In this document: positions 47,678 to 59,000 of the stretch, piece by piece
Layout: each line of letters begins with the position of its first letter
Numbering within the stretch: position 1 is the first letter of the stretch
IMG/VR virus record: IMGVR_UViG_3300005264_000040
Location: 113,769 to 177,768 of that record
Origin: a virus
Length of the DNA stretch: 64,000 nt
Direction: 5' to 3' (one strand)
Translations under genes and position numbers: made by a program
The notes under the pieces: generated by a model
The model's database searches: none
Told to the model about the DNA's origin: nothing
Seen by the model: only the letters and a program-made list of their open reading frames with translations

Positions 47678-49424
47678 AATGGCTACTTATAATGTAAAAA
47701 AAATAACTATTAGAAATAATAGCACAGAAGCAATGAATCATCTTGTGTTAAAAAAAGTTCCACTTTTAGAAGAAAGCATTAAATACGCAATTCGAATATA
47801 TGCTTCTAATCAAAATTCTTTTGAAAACTTTGTTGAAACCTATTTTCGAAATGTAAAAAACCATATGAATTTAGGGAATAGTCCTTTAAATATAAACGAA
47901 ATGAAAATAGGAAAAGTTTTAGATACAGTTACTCATATAGATATAAATGGGACAACTACTACGTATTATCTAGAACGAAAATTTGCAATTATATTCGATC
48001 CTTTTATATTAGATGCTTCAACTTATTCATATTATGATGATGGAACTCAAAAATATTCTAATTATGGTACTGTTCATATACATCCAAATTTGTTGTTTAA
48101 AACATTAATGAATCCAAACGAGGAAAAAGAAATATATGCAATATATTCAAGTTATGATTTTAATGAACCTGATTTATATTCAATGAATGACAAATATAAC
48201 ACCTTTGTAGCAGGAGATGTTTCATTAGGTACTTTAGGTGATTTTGAGAGAAATGGCACAGTAGGGTATAAAGGGTTTTCCCAAAACAAAGAATATTCAC
48301 TTCAACATTTTTTCTATATTCCTGCGATACAGCAAGCTTATGTAGAAATGCGACTAACTATTACTTCATACGATTCTGCTAGTACGATGTATAAAGATCC
48401 ATCTGAGATGGAAATTTCTAATTTTTTGTTTCATAATACATTATTAAATGTGTCACATTCTCAAACTTCTGATTATAAAGATTTTACTAAATATGATACT
48501 AACCTTTTAGCTTATACTTTCCCTTTAAGGAAAATTATAGTATCTTATAATAGATATGATGAGGATTTTCTTGTATATAATGATACTGATGTAGGAGAAG
48601 ATACATCGCCTGTTTCAAAATACGGGGATTCTTTAAGAACTAACAAATACTATTTAAAAGTGGCTCAAGTAGTGGATGAAATTACTTTGGACAATTTTTA
48701 TATGTTAATAGGTAATTTAAAAATACCGTATAATCCAGATATGAGAGCAGAAAACGGAAAGATATTTTTTAGTTATTTTTATGCTACTTCACCTCAAACT
48801 CAAGATATTGAAATTGTCTCAAAAACCGACGATACCATATCCATAGATGATGATAAAATTGTAGATAGAATAGAAGAAAAAAATCATTTCTTCTTAAATA
48901 TACTAGTAAAACCTCCTTATTACACTAAGACTCCAACGTACAATTACTTGTGCCCAATTAGATATTCAAAATTAATGAAAGGTGCTTCATTGAGTAAAAT
49001 TAGAATAAAAGGTTTATGGAATAGCAAGCATTTTTTACAATTTAAAATAAACAGTATTTACGAACCTTATCCCATTGCATATCCTTTTACCATTCATGTA
49101 AAAGAAGTAAGACATTTCATGTTGTCTATTAAGATAAATTCAAAAAATATTCCTTTTAAAGCATTTTATTTGAATATAAAAATAGGTGGAAAAGAGATCT
49201 TTACTTATCCTTTTCCTACAGTATTAAAAATAAGAAATTCAACATTAGAAAAAAATATAAGTAGTTTTGTTAATATCGTTGGCAGTGAATATAGAGGATT
49301 TTTGATTCCTTTATTAATTTACAAATTAGAAGATTTGAGTAAATCTTTGAGACTTCACGTAATTTCGAAGAAACAACAAAAAATAAATTTACAAACACAT
49401 ATAATAATAAAAAAGCCCTCTTAA
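47667..49424 (+). CDS. Beta-rich putative virion protein (585 aa)
   Basis: AAGGAG RBS; Tyr/Asn-rich; ends in a bidirectional terminator. Confidence 0.55.
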   Translation: MMDEMATYNVKKITIRNNSTEAMNHLVLKKVPLLEESIKYAIRIYASNQNSFENFVETYFRNVKNHMNLGNSPLNINEMKIGKVLDTVTHIDINGTTTTYYLERKFAIIFDPFILDASTYSYYDDGTQKYSNYGTVHIHPNLLFKTLMNPNEEKEIYAIYSSYDFNEPDLYSMNDKYNTFVAGDVSLGTLGDFERNGTVGYKGFSQNKEYSLQHFFYIPAIQQAYVEMRLTITSYDSASTMYKDPSEMEISNFLFHNTLLNVSHSQTSDYKDFTKYDTNLLAYTFPLRKIIVSYNRYDEDFLVYNDTDVGEDTSPVSKYGDSLRTNKYYLKVAQVVDEITLDNFYMLIGNLKIPYNPDMRAENGKIFFSYFYATSPQTQDIEIVSKTDDTISIDDDKIVDRIEEKNHFFLNILVKPPYYTKTPTYNYLCPIRYSKLMKGASLSKIRIKGLWNSKHFLQFKINSIYEPYPIAYPFTIHVKEVRHFMLSIKINSKNIPFKAFYLNIKIGGKEIFTYPFPTVLKIRNSTLEKNISSFVNIVGSEYRGFLIPLLIYKLEDLSKSLRLHVISKKQQKINLQTHIIIKKPS

Positions 49425-49434
49425 CGAGGGCTTT
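49412..49434. terminator. Bidirectional intrinsic terminator
   Basis: aaagccctc/gagggcttt with A/T runs on both sides, between convergent genes. Confidence 0.8.
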
Positions 49435-49444
49435 AATTTTTGTA

Positions 49445-50008
49445 TTACATTTCGTCGTATTCAACAAAGATTGAAGGAGCTGTTCCAGCACCTGAAATTG
49501 AACCTGTCCAAGTTACTGAAGCATCAATTTTTGCTTGTAAAGCAATGAAATGTGATTTATATACATCATTAGCTGTATCTTCTACAAATGTTAAATCAAC
49601 TTTGTTTGAAGAATCAGCTGTTGTGATGTCAGCACCACCATTTGCACTTAAATCATATGTGTCATCTAAAACTCCGTCATAAGTTGAAGATACCTTGAAG
49701 AAAATGTGAGCTCCATTTCTTAAGTCTCCAGCTGCAAAATATAATTTTCCGTTAGATACGGCAGTATTTGCAGTTGTTGTAAGGTTCTTCAATAAGATTC
49801 TAATCCATCTTACATAAGAAAATCCGTCAGCACCTGCTGGTTTTCTTAAAGGATTTGAAACTGAATCTGTATAAACATCAGCACCACATAATGAAATAGA
49901 TGTTGCTGATTCGTCGCCTGATGGTGATTCTAAAGCCCAACCTTCTGCGTTACCTGTGTCTGATCCTGTATAAACTTTCCAAACTGCTGTCCTCAATGTA
50001 TCAGCCAT
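49445..50008 (-). CDS. Putative virion structural protein (Ala/Thr/Gly-rich, beta-sandwich type)
   Basis: Start moved to ATG 50008 (AGGAGG RBS); own promoter TAAGCA-N15-TGGTATAAT (50069-50098); PAGADGFSYVRWIR segment. Confidence 0.55.
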   Translation of the reverse strand: MADTLRTAVWKVYTGSDTGNAEGWALESPSGDESATSISLCGADVYTDSVSNPLRKPAGADGFSYVRWIRILLKNLTTTANTAVSNGKLYFAAGDLRNGAHIFFKVSSTYDGVLDDTYDLSANGGADITTADSSNKVDLTFVEDTANDVYKSHFIALQAKIDASVTWTGSISGAGTAPSIFVEYDEM

Positions 50009-50095
50009 AGTTCTCAACCTCCTGTAAGTTAATATTTAAGAAAATCGCATTTCGCGTTGTTCGATTTTATTATACCATATTTTTTAGTTTATTGC

Positions 50096-53000
50096 TTAAT
50101 CGGTGGGGGCCTTTTTTTTATTTTTTGAATTAGATGTAGTTTGTTCATTTATAAGTTTATCTACTTTGTCAGTGTATTCTTTTACTGCATTAATTAGTTG
50201 AGTTGTGACTTTTGTATTTTCATCCATGCTATTTAATAATTGAGTAGTAGAATCTAACATAGATTTATAGTCTGGTATTTCAGATTCAGCTACTTCGTTT
50301 TCTAATTGATTATCTCCATGAATTATCATACTTGCAACAGTTCCAGCATTAACTTGGCCTGTTTCCGCTGATTCTCCTATATATCCATTTCTTGCTACTT
50401 CATCCAATCTTGAACCATAAGCATTTGCAAATGCATTTTGAAGTAAAGTTGTAATGTCTTCTGAACTTGCATTCTTTTTTATTAGGTCTATATATTTTGC
50501 AGCCATTTCATCTACATTTTCAACACCGAGTTTTGCAAACAAAGCTTTTGCTTCTCCTAAATCGGTGATATTTCCTTCCCCTAACTTTTCTAAAGCAGAA
50601 TACATTTGTATTGGAAGATTTAATCCTCCTTTTTTATATACTTCTACTTCTGATTTTAAAAGATCTTGCAATTCCTGCAAATTCTCAACACTAAAAATAG
50701 AGGAAGGAGCAGCAGCAAAATGCTCAAATGCAATTCTTTTTTCAGGGGTTTCAATTGTTTCTGCAACATTTGATATTTGTCTCATCATTTCTACCATTTT
50801 ATATGAATCTTGTTTGGATAATAACTTTGATAATTTAGGACCAAGGGAAGTTGCCAATTCTGATGTTGCTAATAAATCTTTTGATACTTTTAAGTTTTCA
50901 TTTCCTTTAATTTTTATAGATTCTTGTTCTCCGGGATTAATTTTGGTAATTTCTTGTGCAGCTTCTCTTCCTAATGCTAATTTTGCTAATCCTCTAGCTA
51001 CTTCTTCATCTATCCCGAATGTTTCTTTTAATTTATTGATAAAATCACCATATGTCTCAGATTCACCATATGCTTTTGCTATAAGGTATGATATTCTATT
51101 AAAATCTTCTTCGTTTTCTTCTAAAAATTTTTGTAATCCACTAACTTGGATTGGATTAAAGACGTTTTTGCCCCAAAAATCAGAACCTTTTTTCAAGTCA
51201 ATCATGACATTTCTAAAAGCTTTGTTAGCATAATTTTCTGCTGTAGTTAAAAGTTTATTTGTTTTATTTTTTAAATCTTCCAAAATTTTCACTGAACCTC
51301 TAGATATGACAGGAGTTATTGCACCCTTTTCGGTTAAACCTTTAACACCACCAAAAATAGTTGCTGTCACTGTTTCAAATGAGGACATATCTAATCCTTT
51401 TTCTGCGAATATTGAACCTAATTCTTTTCCAGCGCCTTCTGTAAAATATTTATTCATGTTTTCATATGAAATACCCATATCTTTTAATGTTTTTTGAAGG
51501 CTTTCTACCGAGTTTATTTTTCCTGTTTGAATTTGTTCAATTACTTGTTTTCTTTGGTCTTCGCTCATAAAACCGAGCAATTTATTTAAAGTATCTTTGT
51601 TGCTGCTTGCATAAGCATCCCTTATATTTTCTTGGGCTTCCTGTACATCTTTTCGTTTTCTTCTCATTATAGTTTTCAATTCATCTTCTTTTGTAATATT
51701 TATTCCTATGATAGCTTTTAAATTATCAAGGAAACTTCCTTTTAAATTGCCTTTTTCATCGTATTCAGCATTTGCGACAATATATTCTGCCTCATTTTCG
51801 GATATATTAAATTTAGAAGCTAATTCTTTAATAATTTGAGGTGTAACTTCTTTTTCTGTAGTTTCTATGACTTCATTTTTTGCGACATATCGAGCAGCTT
51901 CTGCAGCTTGCTCCAATGCTCCAGTTTTATATTTTTGATAGTCTTTTACTGAAGATAAAGAAAAACTTTTGATCGATGTTTGTATTATATTGAATTCTTC
52001 TTTTATTTTATTGAATACTGCTTTTGCTTGTTCAGGAGTTTTTGCATTTTTATATTCTTCTTCATAGGAATCGAGTTTATCTAAATATCCTTCTAATTTT
52101 GACACAAATTCTTTTACACCTTTTTTGTTTTTATATTCATCTGAATTTAAAGTTTCAATTAATTTTTTTGCAGTTTTTTTAGTGTAGTTTATAACAGAAT
52201 CTAAATCGCCTTGTGCATAATTAACTTCTTTTATCAAATTAGTATCAACAGTAGCGAAACTGGTACTGATTTTTGCTAGTTTGTCCATCGCAGTTTGATC
52301 TATACTTTCAGCAATTTTTTGTACATCTTGTGATAATCCTTTTATTTCATTTATAGCAGTTTCTGTTGCATTAGAACCAAGTTGATTTATCAATCCGCTT
52401 TGTGTAATGGATCCTAATGCCATGAAATTCAATTTAGTATTTATGTATTGATTAGTTTTCTCTTTTTCTTCTTCTTTTAATTGAACTTTTGCAGTAGGTG
52501 ATAATGTTTCTGTCCAAGACACTTGTTGAGTTGAAATATTCGCAACATTTAAAGCAGCTTTTATAACGTCGTTTTCATATTTTTCTTCTGCCATGATAAA
52601 TTCTTTATTTGTTGTAACTATAGCTTGAGATGCTTGCTTTGACAATTTATCTGTTTGAGGTTTTAATTGTCCATTTTGATCATAGAATCTTTCATAAATA
52701 TTATTTATAATAGAAGTAATATTTTTTTGTAAAGAATCAAGTTTAGACTCTGCTTCTTTTATTTTTGCACTATCTCCAGTTGCAAGAAGCTTTTTTGCTA
52801 TTTCAATTTCTTTTTTGAAGTCTGACACATCTAGGCCTGGAATTGACATTCCCATAGCTTGGACTTCAGCTTCCAAAGCCATTAATTTATCAACTGCAGA
52901 AAGGTTTTTCTGTCCTGCTTCGTCATTCATTAGTTTAAGATTTTTTATAGCTTTAGGAATTTGAGATATTTTATTTGTAATTTCCATAATATCACTAACA

Positions 53001-56000
53001 GATTTAGTGCTATAATCAATTTGCAAATTCGGAATACCTTGTATAGTATCATTGTATGTTGCGACACTTCTTAATAATTCTGGTATAGCATTTGCATATA
53101 CATCTTTATATTTCATCATTAATTCGTCATTTAAACCTGTAACTGCGAATGTTTTTGTTCCAGATTGTTCATTGACAAAATAAGCTAAACCTGTATTTCC
53201 TAACATCATAATATTTACATCGTTCTTTTGTATTTTTGCATTGTAATCATTTAATTTTTCTACAAATTTTGACATTATAGTTCCTTCAACGCCTAAATTC
53301 TTATTGAAAGAATAAGCTTCTTTCATTGCTTCGTTTTGCCTATTTGCAATTTTTTCTGTCAAAGATTGGAATTCGTCTTTCAAAGATTTAAAGTCATCCA
53401 TTATACCTATTTTATTTGCTGCATTAAATGCTTTTCCTATGTCACCCATTATTTGAATTAATCTATTAAAATCTTCATCGCTTAATACATCTTTATTTAA
53501 AATTGCATAAGCTTCTTTAATATTGTTAGTGATACCTTCCTTCAATGGCTTTTCATATTGTTTTAATACTTCTTTTCGCGAATTTTCTTTTTCTTGTTTT
53601 TTAAATTCTGCAATTTTCTTTTCTGTTGCGGATACATCTATACCTGTTGTTTTTGCTGAAGATATCAAATCTTCTAAAGCACCTAATTCATAAGTTCTTA
53701 TAGCTTTGTTAGATTGTGATTGTACTTGATTAAATAAATCTTCTATTTTATTTTGTAAATCTTTTTTATCAGCAGGAGTTAAATTCCCTTCATTTATTTG
53801 TTTAGCTAAAGCTTGTATGCTTTTCATTTCTGGAGTACTTGGCGGTTGTTTCAATTTCTCTGCATTTTTAGAAGTGACATCTAAAGTTGTATCTACTTCT
53901 TCAAGTAATTTATCAAGCTCTTTATTAGTTTTTTTAGTAGAAATTATAACATTTATTTGCTGCTTTAATTTCTGGAGTTTTTGTTTAAATTCTGCAGTTT
54001 TATCTGTTTCTTCTAATTTATTTAGTATATTAATATCATTATCAATAGTATCTACAAATTTCAATAGGATTTCCTTATATTGTTCAGGGAAATTCTTAAG
54101 TCCTTCTGCATTATCAACAAAGAATTGGTTTATAGTTTGAATATCTAATCCTATTTGTTTTATAAGATTTTTCTTATCTTCATCGGATAAAGTGCCACTC
54201 CCTAAATTAGCAAGTTTTGCATCTATGTCTTTTACTAATTTAGAACTAGGACTAAATCCTTGTTCCAATAATTTTTTCTTTGCTGTCTTTAATAATTGTT
54301 TTATTTTCTCTTGTGTTTCAACATCTATTCCGGTTTCTTTTGATATATTTTCAAGATTTAACACAGACCCTAAAAGTTTAGCCGCTGATTTTTGTTTATC
54401 TTCATCAGAAATTGCTTTTACAAAAGTATCTAAATTTTTCTGTAATTGTTCAATTGTTTCTACAGTATATTCTGAAATATCAACAGGCTTAGATGCTTTC
54501 GCTATAGTTGTGTCTAATTCGTATATTTTATCTTTTAATGTTTCCGTTTGAGTGTCAAGACTTTTATCTATGACACTACCCATATCTTTAAGTCTTGACA
54601 AAATATCTTTTCTAACGCTTTCGTCTGTGATTTTAGCAGCCTTTTCGGTTGCAGTTTGTATAGTTTCAAATAATTCTTTTCCTGCTTTTTGTATTTCTTC
54701 TACGTTCCCTGTAGAGACTATTTCCTGGTATTTTTTTACTTCTTCTTTTATTTGTTCTAAGTCTATTGTTTTTGCGACTTTGTTTAAATCTTCTTGTTTT
54801 TTACTCAAATCCTCTTTGTTAGCGGATAAAAATTCAGTAAGTTCATCAATTTTTGATATCATTCCGTCAGGTGTAGAAATATTTTGTAATTGGGAAGATT
54901 CTGTTCCCAATAATTTTAAGTTAGCCTCTATCTCTTTCAATTTCTTTTGTGCTTCTTCTCTTTGTTTTTTATCTTCAATTTTTTGAGTATCAACAAAGTC
55001 TTCTTTTAACTTTGTCAAAGCCTCTTTTATTTCTTTGTTTAAAGTATCGTAATTTCCATTTTCAAGATATTCCTCTGCATGATTTATTAAATCTTCATAC
55101 GCTGATAGATCTAATTCTCCAGGATTTTTTATAATTTCTTTTACTCTGTTGATTGTTTTAGTAGCTATATTTTTTGCGTCTTTAGAATTGTCTTTTAAGA
55201 TATCTTTAGAAACTTCAGTGTATAATGATTCAAGTTGTTCAAGTTTATCTGCATAGTCTCCTAAACTCAAATTCCCTTTTTGAAGTTGAGTTGCTAAATC
55301 CTTTATCTTTGAAATTCTTTTATCTGTTTTGGTTAAATCATCTTTTCTTGTGTTCAAGACATCCTTTAAAGAATCAATAGTTCCAGATGAAATAATGTCA
55401 GATTTGACAGATTCCATTTCCTGATATTTTTTCATTATTTCTTCTTTTAATTTTTTCATGTCAATTTTGGAAGGATCTACTTTTAAAGTAGTTAGCATAT
55501 CAGATAATTTTTCTGTCATCAACTCATCAAATTCTTCTGTGCCTATCTCATCTTTATGCTTGTCCAGAAAATCCTGTATTTGATTAAATTCATCTTTTAT
55601 GATATTAAATTGACTTGTTTCATCTCTTCCTTTATATGTTTCATATTTTTCTTTGAATTCTTTAATGAGATTTTTCCCTGTTTCAGAGGACAATTTATAT
55701 TTGTTTTTTATGATTCTATCTACTTCATCTTGTAATTCCTTAGGTAATTGTCCTTTTATTTCCTGAAGAGTTTGAACGCCGTGGGTTATTCCACCACGTG
55801 TGCCTTTTTCTAAAGCACCAATAACGGAATCAATTTGTTTTTGTATATTTTCAGGAACTAAATTAGAATTCATTTGTTGATATGCAAAACTAGCAACATT
55901 AGCAAATTCTTCTAGACCGTTCGCTTTTAATTCTTTGTTTGCAACTAATAAAGTAGATTTATCTCTTATATTAAATAATGCATTAAAAGCAGCATATTTC

Positions 56001-59000
56001 TTACTTGTTTTTGCTTTTTGATTGTATATATCTTGATAAGGTTGAATTATGGATAATATTTCATCCTTTCTAGCAGTGTCTGACATTCCGGCTGCTATTT
56101 TCACTATTTCATTAATTGCTCCGGCTTTTTGTTCTACAGTGGCATTTTGATCTTCAAGAGTGGTTATTAAGTTTTCTATTTTAGCATATTTTTCTTTATC
56201 TTTATCAGTAATTAAATTCTTTTCAATATTTCTAAATTTGGAAGTAAATTCCTTTCCTACAGTTCCATATTCTGTAGCTAATTCTCTTCCAGCTTGTGAC
56301 ATTCCTGTTTGTTTTAAAGCATTATCTATGTTCTTATTTATTCCTTCAATTTGTTTATCTACAGTTTCTAAATCAGATTTCATAGAATCTATTTTATCGT
56401 GAATTTTAGAAATTACATCCTTTAATTTGTTTTTAGTTTCGGTAAGCTGAGTTTTGATTTTAGAAGTATCAAATCCAGAATCTTTTATTTTTTCTAATAA
56501 AGCTTCGTCTTTTGTCAATAAAGCAATAAATGAATTTGCTGTTTGAGCATCTTCTTTTTTAGGTATATAATTGTTTGCTGTAATTGTATTAACCCAATCA
56601 TTTACTTTAGAAATATCTTGTTTAATTTTATTTGTAATTGCATCAAACTCTTCTTTAGTTATTTTAGCACCAGCAAATATCTTCTGCTCAGTTACTTGCT
56701 CTTTTAAATCAGCTGGGAGTTCCATTTTTGATAATTGTTCAAGCGCTGTACCTACTAATTCTTTGTTAGAAGGTGCAATTAAATTCGATTGCTGAACTAT
56801 GGAATTACCTTGCTCAAGAATATTTTTAAGTTTTTTTGTATCTAATTGTTCGGCGCCTACAACTTCTGCAAGTTGTTGCTGGTATCTTTGTAGATTTTTA
56901 TTAAAAATTTGTTTGGATACAGGCTGCGATAAAGCAGATTTTGGTTGTACTATTTCAAAACCTGCAACTTTTTGTTTTACATCTTCTGTGTTTAATTTTA
57001 TATAATCTCTTATTTCTTTTGTAATTTTTATAATTGCTTGACGACCTTTCTCGTCAATCACATCTTCATTCGCAATATTAATTGCATTATTCAATTTTAC
57101 TGCAATTTGTTTAGATATTCTCGCAACTTCTTCAAAATCTCCATTTTTAGCAGCAGGTGTTAATTTGTTTTGCAAATCATCTATTATAGAATTGAAATTT
57201 TTAATAACTCTTGTTCCAAAAATTTCTGTATTAGAAGCTAAGAAACCTGGAATTTTATTTATATCATTAGGAACTGTTTCGATTGTTGCAGGTTGTGTCC
57301 CAGTTACAGTTTGCCCGGTTGCTATTTGTTTAATTATATCTTCTGCTTGTTTTAAATCCATTGAACTAGCTATATTATTCTGGGCCGCAACTAAAGCTGT
57401 TCCGTATTTTCCTGCTTCTAATATATTCCTTTTGTATTTGCTTAGAGTTAAAGTTGTATTATCTCCTACGAAAGTATTTCTCTTTGACACAGTTGCTTTA
57501 TATGCATTTATATAAGCATTAGTTTGCTTGTCAGAACTAGTTCCTATTTGTGCTATTGCTCTTGTTCTTGCATCGACCAAATTCATTAAATCTTCGCCAA
57601 CACCTGCAGCAATATCTGTGAAACGTTCTCCTAGAGTAACATTTCCTGTTTCACCAGGAATTATAACTTTTCCTTCCGGAGTTTTAAGTGATGTTCCTTG
57701 AGTATTTAATATTTTATCAATTTCCATAAAATTCATAGAACCGATTTCTTGCTTTAAAGCTTCTTTTTGTTCTGGAGTTAAAGTTTCATAACGTTCTAAA
57801 TCAGCGCCTCCACCAAAAATTGGTATTTTTCTAAAAATATCTGCCATATTTTCCCCTAATTTTAGGGAGCCTTGTCTGACTCCAGATTTTAAATCAGACC
57901 AGAATTTAGAGGCACTTGTTCCTAGTCTTCCCCAGAAACCATATTTTTTTAATAAGTATTGATATTGGTCAGCTTCTTTTCTCCTTTCACTTTGCATAAG
58001 TGTTCTATTAGCATTAATCATATTGCTTCTTGAAAGAGAAGAAGCCATCATAACTGCGGTTTCATAATCCATTCCATATTGATTCATCAAATAATTTACT
58101 GAGAAATCTTTAAAACTTAGTTTATCTTTATAAGGTAACCATGCTTGATAAATTTGGTCACGCATTCCGGCAGAAAGTACATTACTTACGATATCAGGAC
58201 TTGCGGTTTGTGTCAAGATAGAAGTCAAGGCTTGGTTTGATGTAATCCCCATAGAACTAGCATTCGCTGCACCTATAGCAGAATAATTTGTATATAGTTT
58301 CATTCTTTCTTCAGGTGTATTAGCTTGTTCTAATTGTTGATTGAATCGTGCAAAAGCTTGTTTGTTGAAAGAATATTTTCCTTTTTCTTTATCATACTCC
58401 AGGAAAGCAGCCATAGCAGATAATGGTAAAGAATTTGCACTGCCAACGTTTCCTTGAAGCATATTTGACATCATGCCGGTAAAACCTGACATGAATTTTT
58501 CAACTGCAATTTGTCTTCCACCAAGTTGCTCTATTATTTGATTTCCTTCTTGTGTCATTGCATAATTGGAGAACAGAGCTTGACCTAAAGCAGTAGTAGC
58601 TGCAGCAGATTTCCCAGACATACCAGTTTGCCTTAAAGCAGTTGCATATTGTACATTTTGTTGTGCCATTGCTTGAGGGTTCATTCCTACTTGTTCTCCA
58701 ATAAACTTTGTTCTATATGCCAAATCAGATGTAAAATTAATATCTGTAATTCCTAATTTTTTATATTCACCCATAAGTTTAGTGGCATCTTCCAATGACA
58801 TATGCAAAGCACCACCAACTTCTTTTACTGTTTCGACTAAATCTTTAAACTTTTTCTTAAATTCCTTTGTATCCCTAACCATACCAACTAAATCATATTG
58901 ATTTAATAAAGGCAGCAAGTCTTTTTTTACTACATCTTTTGGGATTATTTCAGCCATATCAGCAGCAACATCTTCTATTTGTTTATAATACCTTTCTAAA

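Noticed and set aside
50454-57515. Plus-strand ORFs of 60-260 aa inside the TMP, and similar antisense ORFs inside the portal, fibres and other long genes
   Set aside because: They lie fully antisense to long ORFs, lack an RBS or promoter, and have Ser/Phe/Leu-rich compositions typical of shadow frames.
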